Assembly (NCBI GenBank): GCA_043228905.1
Contig: JBHGNT010000004.1
Coordinates: forward strand, 25,482,001-25,546,000
DNA from: Azolla caroliniana
Lineage: Eukaryota > Plantae > Polypodiophyta
DNA: 64,000 bases
Direction of reading: 5' to 3'
In this document: piece after piece, positions 12,901 to 23,765 of the stretch
How the letters are laid out: each line of letters starts with the position of its first letter
Position numbering within the stretch: position 1 is the first letter of the stretch
The notes under the pieces: model-generated
Told to the model about the DNA's origin: nothing
The model's input: the letters and a program-made list of their open reading frames with translations, nothing else
Database searches by the model: none
Position numbers and translations under genes: made by a program

Positions 12901-13741
12901 TCAAGCCTTGGCAGAAGACCAATTAGAGCAAGTCCGGCAACTTGTAGCTCAGCTGGACGACGACAGGCTGGAGGCGCAGATCCAGTTTGAAAGCTACGAG
13001 AGGTCCCGGATCCGGGGAGAGAAAGAACGAGAACCAGTTACGGTCAACCTCAGTGATGAGGAACCGTTACTGGAAGGAGACCGGACCGGAAGCAGTCAAA
13101 CGGAGATGCCGGAGCCAGAGAAACAAATGGGGCAGCAGCAGCAAGCAGAGCAGCCGGAGCAACCTCAGTCACAACCGCAATCACAGCAGCAGCAGCAAGC
13201 ACAGCCGCAACAACCACAACCGAAAGAACAAGCGGAAATTCTTGAACCAAGTATTTTGGACAATTTGGGTGAACAATGAAGGGGCCGAGAAGGGTTCGAC
13301 GTACAAGGTACTGTCCCACGGGCGTGCCATGTGTTACCGGCCGGCAAGGAGTCCAAAATACGGAATTAATTAGATGGTTGTAAATGAGCATAGTGTGGAC
13401 GGACGGACTGGAAACGGTATGCCGTTCCGGATCCGGACGGATCCCGAATAGGTGCGAGAGACACCGTTTTGTAATACGGGCCGGAAACCTATTTAAAGGC
13501 CCGGACCCCATTGTAATGACAGCGGATAATTAATAGAGCTTATGATGTTTGTATTTCTGTCTTGATTTCCGTTCTGTAATTACTGTTATATCTTACGCGT
13601 GTAATTAACCAAAGCAATCTAATCGTGTAACCTACGTAAGTCGGTGTAATCGTTGAATCTTAATCCTATGCCGTAATCACCCTTTGGTGAAGTGTCTCCG
13701 TGACACCTTGTGTTAGGCCTTGTCCGGCTAAGAGAATAACA
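9977..13741 (+). mobile_element. Young non-autonomous LTR retroelement (3765 bp) with no recognisable gag or pol
   Basis: 410-bp LTRs at 9977-10386 and 13332-13741 (TGTTA...TAACA) with one visible mismatch. TSD AAAGG at 9972-9976 and 13742-13746. PBS-like TGGCGACCAC just after the 5' LTR. Confidence 0.95.
10694..13279 (+). CDS. Retroelement accessory ORF: small N-terminal globular domain, acidic/Pro-rich linker, long coiled coil, Gln-rich tail (first ATG at 10703)
   Basis: Uninterrupted 861-codon ORF. Motifs ITEEAIRALTGLPEGG and GVKVDWPVLI resemble plant retrotransposon extra-ORF domains. Long E/K/R/Q-rich helical region. No RT, INT or Zn-knuckle motifs seen. Confidence 0.8.
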   Translation: MAIMEAPPHREADRVIKELATEVITEEAIRALTGLPEGGIFQIDNPTSEQLTRYFGEYSVAGKGYRTQGGEDPLFREIARVLHEYGHVYPRPPVMPKNRAGMIIATYEGVKVDWPVLIADGLCMAIDMVRGKDGKEGRKLWHAVAQWITLLVPPVETAQPKKRPRVSEGSTSKPASKRQQLLASKATKGKKRVPEPEEVSPVRPVKITLRRPGQKEPEPLTAQKHAVTQEEETEEPEEHLQRRSRSRTAETGGERSYPREAETPPTQPEQTTREEPEPVHREPVLATSIEEVMPTAAETAGTGTQQPASTASTHGGQGVEPERHMQALRPDKSTGNEPTRPVQQQGTSSMWLRWVGEQIAGVVEYIEAEERTHQERLLVTTVDLETARSRIRSLEQDLDRVTRETQVQAPVTPGNVQNKVSNQPVHSNQTPATETVPERNAAQAQELADLKDELAAQEALRSRERELKTAAEAELKKTAENLRRAEESLRKGHQAYDRLKEEKEKMLQEKDKLRRNAETEVECLKEELRQVKDREDRNHRQINGKLKQKTEEFEQLHREYKRLQTEHKERTDELRQAVDRTATAFAKEQAENRRRLEEAEKVRTELLRQQQAEKERAAEVLQRLQTTYQGQLTRYREQAEDTANLIKQLKEERQVVESRAQMGASRIQDIMRAWLNQTKSLIDNSSVKWWTKWATNAAELQLLRADVENRRKEGDDCYMLTSEDFTGIRDELAEDFQALAEDQLEQVRQLVAQLDDDRLEAQIQFESYERSRIRGEKEREPVTVNLSDEEPLLEGDRTGSSQTEMPEPEKQMGQQQQAEQPEQPQSQPQSQQQQQAQPQQPQPKEQAEILEPSILDNLGEQ

Positions 13742-14385
13742 AAAGGCTTAACGAGGGTGGGTTCTATTGCGACAAGGAAGGTCGAGATACCCCCACCGGC
13801 GCGAAGGGAAGAGACCCGAGACTAGCTCGAGACTGGCCCGACTTCGACCGGCATGGACAAAAGCTCGTCCGGGGGACCGGCTCTGGAGGAGGTGACTCAG
13901 ATGGTGAGGGACCTCCAGATCGCGCAAGCACGGAGGGACGGTGGTGAACAAATCCGTGACTAAAGGCCTCTGGCTGGGAGTCGGTGCTTGTGGTGCGATG
14001 CGGTCGGCCACGCCCGAAAGGACTGCGGGGACTTCGCCGAAGCGATAAGAGCTAACGTGGTGTACATATGGAACGGTTGGGTGCACGCTAGCGAGACCCG
14101 GAGGGCCCTAGATCTGAATGTCGAGCGAGGGGGTATGAAACAGCTGATGGAAAAAGCGGCGGCTCACCACGCGGAGACCGTCCACTACTCGGCGTTGGCT
14201 GGAATCCGGATCGGAAGCGATGAAGTCCTGAAGACGAAGGAAGCCGGATTCTGGCCACTGGTGCTAGAAGGCCTCGTCGGCGTACGGCTAAGGAAAGAGG
14301 AAGCGGACTGCGCAGAAAGACGGGTCCGGGAGGTAACTGGGAGGTAACCGGGTGGAGTGACCCGGTCGAAGAGAAGACGGGCTTC

Positions 14386-17300
14386 GTGGAAGCCACGTGC
14401 CAGAACTACGAGGTTCTGGTGGAAGACAAGCGAGCAGGAAAGGCCGAGGGGGCCGGACCCTCACAACGGTATGAGACCCGGTTCGGGCCGAAACAGAGTG
14501 ATGTAGGTGCATCCGACGCACCGGACAAGGCCAGGAAGGCCGGTTATCGATTGAGCACAGAGATCGAAAGGACCACGGACCTACGAAAGGTCCTGGAGGA
14601 ACGAATCCTCGACAGCAAAGTGGAGTTGTCACTGAGGGAAGTGCTCGGTATCGCCAAGAAGGAGTTCCACGACTCCATCGTAGACTTGGTGAAGTGGAAA
14701 AGGCCTTCAACGGAGCCAGAGCCAGGGAATCCGGTGGAGGTGCGAACGGCGCACCTAGAAGACATGGCCCTGGAGGACGAATTGGCGGAAAGCCACTACT
14801 TGAGGCTACATTGGGCTAGGGCCACTACGGAAACCCCTGTTCGGATCGGGGACGTTCAGGAGCCGGTGGTAGCGTTGGTAGACCACGGTTTGGAGATCAA
14901 CCTGATGTCCATGGACTTCTACAAGAAGGGAAAGTGGCCGATCAACACCAAGCACGGGTGGAAGATACGGGCAGCAACGCACGCCACGGAAGAGCTACAC
15001 GGAGCTTGCCTGAATGTGCGAGTGAAAATCGGCGACGTCGAGATCGACCAACACTTCTTCGTGCAGGAGACGTCCTTGCATCCGGTGATACTCGGAGAGC
15101 CGTACATCACGGCGGCGCGCATGGAGACAAAGGTTCTGGACAAGAGTTCGGCATATGCATGAGTCAAGAGCCAGGATGGGCGTCACTCGGTCCAATTCCA
15201 GACGGTGCGACCAAACCATGAGCGTAACCGTGAAACCCTCGGTGCGGAAACCCGAGGGGATTTTTAGAGAGGGCTATCAAGGCATGGGGCCGCGATAGTC
15301 TGGACACCCCGGAAAAACCCCACAGATGTACTATAGGCGAAAAGACCTGTACCATAGGTAGGAAATTTTGGTTTTCTGATAGCGGCGGTTGTACGGTAGC
15401 CGGCGTAGTTGGCCGGGAAAAGAAACGGGCGGAGGAGCGACTCTAGGCATGCGGAGTCCTCCGGCCTGAAGAAGAAATCAACGGAGCCATGGAGGCAGTC
15501 TCTTTCAACGACACCTTGGGGAAGTTACGGGAGGTGTTCGGGGAAGGCCTTAATGCGGACCGGACGATCCCGGTATGTTCGGAAAATATGTACGAAGTCA
15601 TCGTCGACTTCGGTAGTGGACTCAAGTCAGATCGGACGGCCCAAGTGGATATGAAATACAAGACTGTGGACCGGAAGGTGAGACCAGTCGCGGCACCCTT
15701 GCCAGAGGGCAGCGAGTTACGGATAAAGGGGGTCGCGTCGGACCCGAGTTTATGAGATCCGGCCAGCATAGGACACACGTTCACCGACATAACACTACGG
15801 GAGCTCAAGATTAGTGGGGGTGGTTTTCTACTGCCGGCGGAAGAGGACCGGTTTCGGGGAATGCTCGGGAGGCATGGGAAAGCTTTTGCATTCTCACCGG
15901 AGGAGATTGGGTGCGTAGACCCGAAGGTTGTGGAACCGATGGTGATCTTCACGGTACTGCATGTGCCATGGAATCTCAAGCCGATTCCGGTACCCATAGC
16001 TCACATTCCGAAGCTGATGGAGCTGTTGAAACAGAAGGTGGAGATGGGCATCCTCAAACCGTCGAGTGCCCCATATTCGAATCGGTGGTTTACCGTGCCG
16101 AAGAAGAATGGCACACTGCGCTTCATACAGGACCTGCAGCCGGTCAACAAGGTGACCATTCGAAACGCAAGTATCGGACCGACCATCGATGAGTTCGCGG
16201 AGGCCTTCGCAAGGAGGTCAATCTACTCGGTCGGGGATCTGTACTCAGGGTACGATCAGTTCCAACTAGCCGTAGAGAGCAGGGATGTCACAACGATGCG
16301 GACTCCTCTTGGCCTAGTTCGAATGTGTACCCTGTCGCAAGGAGGAACAAACTCGGTGGCGCACATGGTGAATGCGATGAACAAGGTGTTGAGGGACTGT
16401 ATCCCGGACATCACCATGCCGTTTCTTGACGACATACCGATCAAAGGATGTCCGGTGGAGGAAAAGGACGAGTCTGTCGGGCCCAACGGTTGTCGGAGGT
16501 TCGTAACGGATCACATCCGTGACTGCGAGAAGGTGCTACAAAGACACGAGAGCGCGCGGCTCACCTTCTCCGGAGAAAAATCAGCCTTCGGACAACCGGA
16601 GATCCTGGTAGTCGGACACTTGTGCGGGCCCTATGGCCGGAAACCGTCCCCAGCGAAGGTAGAAGCCATCTCCGCGATGAAGGACGTCTGCGGGTCGGTT
16701 ACGGAGGTCCGCAGATTCTTGGGGGCGTGCGCGTTCTACCACATCTAGATTCCGCACTACACGCATGCCGTGGAGCGGCTCTACGGGCTATTCAAGAAAG
16801 GGCGTAGGTTTGAGTGGAGGACGGAGCACACGGAGTCGGTCCGGAAGATGAAGGAGGCGCTTGCTGCAGCACCGGCTCTCCGAAAAGCGGTTTACGGCGA
16901 GGAAGTCCCCATCTGCGTGATAATGGACACGAGCCCGACCGGGATCAGGTGGGTAATCAGCCAGAAGGACAAGGACGGCGTACGGTTCCTGATCCGGTTT
17001 GGGGTGAAGGTATTGAGCGAGCGGCAGCGAGGATATGCCCAAGTTTGGGGTATCGTTTCGGCAGTCAAGGCCGACAAGGACTATCTGATCGAGACGGAAG
17101 TGATCATCGAGACGGACTTCTTACCGATTCTAGGTATGGTTTCTGGATGCGCGACTCCAGACCTGGCAATGGTCAGGTGGATCACGTACATCAAGTCCCT
17201 AAACCCGGAGATACGGCACATCTCCGAAAAAGATAATGCCATGGCCGATATGCTTTCGAGGGCGCGTTTCAGTGACGAGGATGGCATGGTTTCGAATAAC

Positions 17301-18740
17301 GAGGAAGTCGGCGAAGATTTCTTCAGGTCAACCAACGTAACAACAAGAAAGGGGAGCACTCCGGCGTTTAACAAATTCGACGAGAGCAAGTACGACGGGG
17401 AGTGGCTCCAGATCGGCGGGTTCCTGAAGGCAATGACACGAGACGCGGCATGGACGAAAGAAGAGGCCAACCGGGTTCGGAAGAAAGCGTACCGATTCTT
17501 TCTACGGGACGGGAGCATATGGAAGCACCCGAAGAAGAGAGACGACATCCCGCTCCGAGTGGTGGCGAAGAAAGAGGGACAGGAAGAATTGTTGACGGAG
17601 TACCACAAGAGTCCCTAGGCCGGACATCGCGGGACGTGGGCCACATTCGAGAAGCTAAAGGGGAAGTATTGGTGGCCGGGACTATACCGGGATGTGCATC
17701 AGTTCGTGACGACTTGCGAAAGCTTTCAGGTGCACTCCATAGTCCGACATCGGGACAAGCTCCACCTGACCTACCCTCCGACCGTCCACTTCAAGTGGAT
17801 GGTAGATCTGGTGACGATACCGATGGGGGTAGGGCAGATGCAGTATCTAGTGTTGGCTCGGGAGGACCTGACGAACCAGGTGGAAGGCCAAGCGTTGCAG
17901 AGCAAAACGATCGCGGTCGTGTGTTGGTTTCTGATCGAAGAAGTGGTATGTCGGTACGAGTGCGTAGGGAAGATTGTGGCCGACCGTGGGGAATTGGACG
18001 CGCAAGAGGCGGAAGAGATGTTTGGACGGTTAGGAATTAAACTCTCGCTCACCACGGCATACAATCCGGAGACCAACGGGAAGGTGGAGCGCGGACACGG
18101 GCCGATCGTCAAAGCGTTAGTACGGGCGTGCGGAGGCCAAGTCGGGAATTGGCCACGGTTCTTACCCTACGCGTTGTGGGCGGACCGAACTACGCACAGT
18201 TCGATAATCGAGTTCATGCCGGCAAAGCTAATGTACGGGCAGAAGCCGATCATGCCAACGGAGCATACATTCTCCTCGTGGGCCGCGGTGGATTGGAACA
18301 ACGAGATGAGTCGGGAGGAGTTGTTAGTGGCACGGATTCGGCAGCTGGAACGAAGACCGGAGGACGTGGACCGAGCCGCGAAGAAGCTACGGGTGGCGAG
18401 GGTAAAGAACAAAGGAAGGTTCGACCGGACTCACCAACTGAGACCGAAAAAGATCGAGGAAGGTGACTGGGTTCTAGTGTATGACAGCAGCCTCGACAAC
18501 CAGCATCGGGCAACGCGGAAGTTTGCAAGAAGGTGGTTCGGGCCTTATATGGTGACGAGCGCCAACAACAATGGGACCTACCATCTCGCAGAGCTCGACG
18601 GGACAAGGATGGCGGTACCGGTGGTGGGGAAGAGGATCAAAGCCTTCAAAAAGCGGCACGAGCCTGAACCAGACCCGGGTGACCTGGATAGCGACAACGA
18701 CCGGCTTGGGTCGGATGCCGATCCGGAAGACGAAGGATAA
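14386..18740 (+). pseudogene. pol of gypsy 1 (protease, RT, RNase H, integrase) with stops and frameshifts
   Basis: PR VDHGLEINL; RT DLYSGYDQ, SQGGTNSV, FLDDIP; RH DTSPTG, ETDF, NAMADMLSR; INT H..H..C..(F), WMVDL, VADRGE, NGKVER, WFGPY. Confidence 0.93.
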
Positions 18741-18814
18741 GCGTGGGCCGGTCTTCTCCGACAGGAGTCTCATTTTGGCGCATACCGGTGGATGCGCGGT
18801 TAGGTGGGGGCGGA

Positions 18815-19233
18815 TGTCGTGGAGAAAACCGTCCCTAGGCGTAAACCGAGTATAACGTGCGTAAACCGGCCCTTACACGTGGGCACAAGTTTTGTTATAC
18901 AGTCTGTAGGTAGGTACAAGTCGCCTGAGGTGAAATCCTAAGTAGCACACATTCAGTAGGGAGAGAATCGAGGCGTATCCCTGTCCGAGAGGACATGGAA
19001 TAAACATGATGTGACGGATGGTAACAGCCTCTCTCCTTAGGCTATAAAACAGAGGGAGAGGTATGGGAAAGATATCGCGTTTTAGCAAAGGACGAAGTGC
19101 TGCTGGACTGGGACCAAGCCCTTCTCCTCTCCTCCGTTCCCCCTTTAATTGTTCTGTGCAGGTTTTGGGAGGCTGACTCTGCTCCGTGGGACGCCCGAGT
19201 GCTACCGGCAGAGTCTCCATCTCGCGTTCTGTT

Positions 19234-19264
<31 letters not shown>

Positions 19265-19515
19265 AGGCGTCGGAGCCCGTCACTCGTCGGCTTGCTAGTT
19301 GTAACACCTTGATTTATATATATATATATACGTAAACATTCGTTCTGTCTCCATCTGGCGTTCTGTAGCTAATTGCAATTCCTGTGATTCTGTGGGTCTG
19401 TGCGTGTGTGAATTATATCGCAAGAGTCCTTCCCCTCCCTTCATTCGGTTATTTCTCGGTCCGAGGCCCCGGTGGTCCCGCCTCGTTCTCCACGCACGCC
19501 CGTAACATCGCGACA
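18815..19515 (+). repeat. 3' LTR of gypsy 1
   Basis: TG...CA termini, follows the PPT, matches the 5' LTR. Confidence 0.93.
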
Positions 19516-19519
19516 CCGT

Positions 19520-19750
19520 CTCAAGTCCTCCTTATGACAAAAAAATTCTTCATTCAGTCCACATCAACCATCTCGTCGAATATCGCCAAGTTCCTATATA
19601 AATAACAACAAAATGAATATAGACTATTTCTTCCTTCCCTCATGATCCGCTTCGACCCCCACACCATCATCACTCATCCTCTCGTCATGTTACCACATCA
19701 TCATTGGTCATCGTAGTGAGAAACCTAAAAACTTCTTCATTCAGTCCACC
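19520..19750 (-). repeat. Copy of the dispersed ~150-170-bp tandem repeat family (GAGATGGTTGATGTGGA core)
   Basis: ttcattcagtccacatcaaccatctcg is the reverse complement of the units at 47760-48610. Confidence 0.7.
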
Positions 19751-20740
19751 TAACAAAGAAAAGAGAAAAACAGTCTCCAAATCTGAAGAACTTTTCAATG
19801 CCCTTTTCAATGCCCTCTTTACCAAAAAGAGATTTGAAGAACTCCAAAAACTTATAAATTGATGTTAATTCTTGAGGGCATGGATTGTCCTATCAATCAA
19901 ATCAACTAATTGTAACGATCTCAAGCAACATTATCCACCAGTATGCAAGTATTATCATCAATGAATATTATTATAGAATGGGTAAAATCTTTAAGTTGTG
20001 AGAAGTAAAGCTCGAATTCCTCTCTCTCTCTCTCTCTAGCCACATCCACATCGAAACCCTTTGATCTTCCACTCCTTTTCGAGAGACTTCAATGGAAATG
20101 AAACCATGCCTAACACATAGTCATTTCCTTTATAGAACATGTTACACCATAAGCTATAACATCTTTAGTACAATACTAGAACTCTTTTAAATATGTTTTT
20201 TATTCTTTTCAATGATTGGGTACACATCTCATAATTTGGTCTTAGAAGACTTTAATGTAATCTCTCTCTCTCTCATTCACACATACACACATAGAGGTAG
20301 CAAATTGCAATTCACAAGAAATAAGTTTATATATATAGGCATTTCTTCATGTAGTCACTAGTGTGTAATAAAAAATCCTCCTTATTTCAAAGTTGAGAAC
20401 ATCCACACAAATAGTTTGCTCCTCCAAAAGACTTAAGATCGTGCATACAAATAGATTGCTCCTCCGAAGGCTTCAAACATGATTTACCATATCATACCAC
20501 ATGGTTAAACAACCCTTCCCTATATATTCCCCACTAGTATGTACACATGATAAACCTAAAACACTACACTCAAACAAACTAGTAAGGCTTTTCATCTTGG
20601 ATTATTGATTGAAATATCATAAATGTGAGTTGCCCAAGAGAATTTGAAATCTTCATTTTCGGAAACTCAAGCATCAACACACACTTGAGGGTTTATTTGG
20701 GAGTATAAAGTATGTGTGAAGCAAAAAGATTTTTAGCTCA

Positions 20741-21709
20741 TTAAACGGTCATCGTCGCCAACGAGTCATTTTGTGCATTTGAGGCCTCACGTTGCGCTTC
20801 ACGGCGCCATTTCCATCGCAAGAAGATCAATGCGGCAACCACGAACAACCAATAAGAGATGTATGCTCCCAAAGTCCCCTGTGTGGCTTCATCACGCCAT
20901 CCCACCAATGTATTCAACAATGCCCAAATGTTGTTGCCACTTTGGTGACAACAATCAAGCTTCCACAAGAACGTCTCCTTCTCCGTGAACTCCTCAAACT
21001 CGTGCACCGAGCCGACAAACAACCCCGCCGCGATCACAAGCAATAGCACCGTCGCCACATTGAGAAAGTACTTGAATGCCGTCCGATTGCCCCCCTTGTA
21101 GAGGAGGTAACCAACAGCAATCCCACAGATGGCCCCGACAACGGCCGGGATGGGGTACGCGGTGCCGGAACCCTCGAGCCCGATCCCTCCCAAGAAGATC
21201 ACCGCCTCCACACCTTCCCTCAACACCACGGTGAACGGGATGAAGAAGAGTGTGTACTTCCCCTTCTTACTCGATGCGAGGCTTTCGGCGGTATCCTCAT
21301 CCACCTTGGCTCGGGATGCGTGTTCGGATGAGAGCGCGTCCATGGTGACCTTGGTGAGCTTCTTCTCCCATTTCTCCCTCCATGTGTCCACCCGGATCAT
21401 GGAGAAGGCCATGAGTGTGATGAGCACGACCGCGATGAGGCCGAGGATGCCCTCCCACAGGGCCTCCGACTCGTCCCATGCCTCCTTGGCCACGGTGTAG
21501 TAGAGGGACAGAAAGACGGTGGCGGCCACGAGGCAGAGGGCGAGGGCGAGGCCAACCCCGAGCCAGACCTGGCGCTTCATGCGCTTGCGGGAGGGGCCCT
21601 TGGGGACGATCTTGTTGATGAGGGCCAGCATGACCGAGAGGATGATGGAGGCCTCGAGGGTCTCGCGGAACAGGATGAAGAAGGCCGGCACGCTGAAGAG
21701 CTCCACCAT
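20741..21709 (-). CDS. FTR1: FTR1/OFeT-family high-affinity iron permease, copy 1 (322 aa, intronless)
   Basis: Two REXXE motifs (FRETLE, LREGVE), ~7 hydrophobic segments, and a fungal Ftr1-like C-terminal W..CC...W...GW...AT.G...Y..YW pattern. Confidence 0.92.
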   Translation of the reverse strand: MVELFSVPAFFILFRETLEASIILSVMLALINKIVPKGPSRKRMKRQVWLGVGLALALCLVAATVFLSLYYTVAKEAWDESEALWEGILGLIAVVLITLMAFSMIRVDTWREKWEKKLTKVTMDALSSEHASRAKVDEDTAESLASSKKGKYTLFFIPFTVVLREGVEAVIFLGGIGLEGSGTAYPIPAVVGAICGIAVGYLLYKGGNRTAFKYFLNVATVLLLVIAAGLFVGSVHEFEEFTEKETFLWKLDCCHQSGNNIWALLNTLVGWRDEATQGTLGAYISYWLFVVAALIFLRWKWRREAQREASNAQNDSLATMTV

Positions 21710-21879
21710 TGTTCCTTTGCTTGCTTGGGGGAGGAAAGCAGCTGCTACTAAGTGCTACTTGAGCTCCAAACGAATGAAATTTGTAACAATGTGGGAGAAT
21801 CCAGGAGGGATATGGAATTGAGGCTCAAAATGGAAGATGGTTGGAAGAATAGGCTTGTAAAGTATCAACGGAGGCGCTG

Positions 21880-21985
21880 ACTTTATATAAGGAAAGGACA
21901 GTACGGAATGGTGGGATGTAAAGTTGACTTTTGGGTGATGTGTGAAAGGGCCGTGGTGTGTATGCATGTCACGTGGCGGCATGTG
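21880..21985 (-). promoter_or_regulatory. FTR1 copy 1 promoter: TATA box plus G-box flanked by CATGC motifs
   Basis: TTATATAAAG (minus strand, 21881-21890), CACGTG at 21970-21975, GCATG on both sides. Conserved in copy 2 (CACGTG at 27783-27788). Confidence 0.55.
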
Positions 21986-22217
21986 TAAAGCACTCATGTT
22001 ATTATTATAGACTTTGGAGCTGTATTGTAAGTCTTATACATATTGTGTGGGAGTGTGTGGGTCTCTTCTCTACCAAACGTTGTCCGCTGAATATCACGAT
22101 CTGGTTTGCATAGAATAACAAGCACATGGCCATTTTTGGTTCTGCATTTGGTGAGAATCAGCTCAGATCCCTCGATTTTTGCATAGGGTTTCTAGGATTA
22201 CATTATAATACGCAGGC

Positions 22218-22559
22218 CATAGTCGTTAAAAAACGCGTATTCAATGTTTTAGAATACTCAGAAGTATTCTACATGTATTATACGTTTTACAAATACCATT
22301 TTTCATATTTTCATATATTCTACATATTTAACAAGTATTTACCATTTCAAAAACAAAATTAAAGAAACTCAAGATTTTAAGAAATGTTTAATGTATTCTA
22401 TGTCAAGTATGCTACGTATCTAAAGTATTCTACATGTACTCTATGTATTTAACGTATTTTATTATTTATCTATAAAATACGTAGTATTTTTTTTTTAAAG
22501 TTAGAATACTTAGCATTCATATTCTACACGTATTGTATGCTAAGTATTCTACAACAATG
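22218..22559. mobile_element. hAT-type MITE (342 bp)
   Basis: Imperfect TIR CATAGTCGT...ACAACAATG; 8-bp TSD ACGCAGGC/ACGCGGGC. Empty site ACGTGGGC in the paralogous region at ~28024. Internal GTATTCTA repeats. Confidence 0.85.
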
Positions 22560-22877
22560 ACGCGGGCACACACATGCATACACATGTACCCACATATAAG
22601 CCCGAGTGTGCCTTCTTCATGCACCTTATCATGTGGACGACAATCAAAATACTCTAGACTCTAAAGCAAAGATAAATAAAACTTGAAGCCACTTGGGCCA
22701 AGGTGGGTATGTTGTTGTGTTCAATTGATGATCTATGTGTCTGCCGAAGGAAACATATAGAATGTCTATTTGCCTCATTGGTTATCTTGTTAGGAGATGA
22801 TATAGAGGTTAGGATGGTTGGCAAGTGAGCACCTAACCACGTTGTCGTATAGAGGAAATGCTAACCAAGGGATGAGG

Positions 22878-22966
22878 TGATCCCACTGATGGCCCCGACA
22901 ATGGTCGGGATGGGGTACATGGTGCTGGAACCCTCGAGCCCGATCCCTCCCAAGAATATCACCGCG
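22878..22966 (-). pseudogene. ~90-bp internal fragment of FTR1
   Basis: Matches 21120-21206 (gatggccccgaca...gaaccctcgagcccgatccctcccaagaa). Confidence 0.8.
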
Positions 22967-23077
22967 GTGACGTTGCCCTATAGGTTAGGATGGTGTTCTT
23001 CGTCCATGCTTCTTACCTGCAACATTTCTTCATCCTTTCTTTCAAATCCATTGCTGACTTTCAAAGAATCGAGATTC

Positions 23078-23079
<2 letters not shown>

Positions 23080-23142
<63 letters not shown>

Positions 23143-23155
23143 TGTTTGTGTTTGT
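23080..23155. repeat. (GT)n microsatellite
   Basis: Direct observation. Confidence 0.95.
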
Positions 23156-23765
23156 TAATCCTATTGTCTATACAAGGAATGGGGGCGGTATAGCAATTGG
23201 TGGGTATATGTAGGTTAGCAAAGAGTGCACGGGTAGTTGTGAGAATGGATAGGAGTAGAGGAGGAGGAGAAAGGAGAAGAATGAGAGAGAGTAAGTAAGA
23301 GAAAGAAAGAAGTGAGATTGGGAAAGAGATAGAGGGAGGGAGGGAGGGAGGGAGGGAGAGAGAGAGAGAGGGAAAGGGGAAAAAAAAGGGGAGTGAAAGA
23401 GAGGTGAGATAGAGGTGAGAGAAAAATATTTGAAAATTTGAAAATGTATTAGAAAACGTGGTCTATTAGCAAACTAGTTTTGCTCACAATAGGAGCTCTT
23501 CAGTGTCAAACGACCATATATAATAGTTGGAGATGTTTATATAGGACGGAAGAGAGAGAGAGAGAGAAAGAGAGATTGGTGGTCTATGCGGCAAGCAGCA
23601 ATAGAAATAAGGAATCTTGTGTTGTTGGCATCCACATACTCAACACATAGTGCGGGTCTTCTATTGTATTCATCATCTTCGACCTCTTTAATCGGGTGAG
23701 TTCCGGTTATCTTTCTTGTTCATGGAAAATTGTTTTTATCCTGGATCGCTATCACATCAAGAATA

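Larger units (their letters stand above)
9360..14385 (+). pseudogene. gag of gypsy 1, split by insertion 9977-13741
   Basis: Homologous to the gypsy 2 gag (46183-47235). Zn-knuckle CLWCDAVGHARKDC at ~13985. Stops present, and an 11-bp tandem duplication at ~14330-14352. Confidence 0.85.
8695..19515 (+). mobile_element. Ty3/gypsy LTR retrotransposon 1 (decayed; 5' LTR interrupted; nested insertion in gag)
   Basis: 5' LTR remnant 8695-9314 and 3' LTR 18815-19515 (TGTCGTG...CGCGACA). PBS tggtgaacccaacatga after 9314; PPT taggtgggggcgga 18801-18814. Domain order gag-PR-RT-RH-INT. Confidence 0.95.

Noticed and set aside
10694-13279. Interpretation of the long ORF as a retroviral env
   Set aside because: No signal peptide or transmembrane segment is visible; the protein is highly charged.
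10913-18855. Numerous antisense and alternate-frame ORFs in the retroelements (also 42155-47547)
   Set aside because: Shadow ORFs of GC-rich coding sequence with no recognisable motifs.
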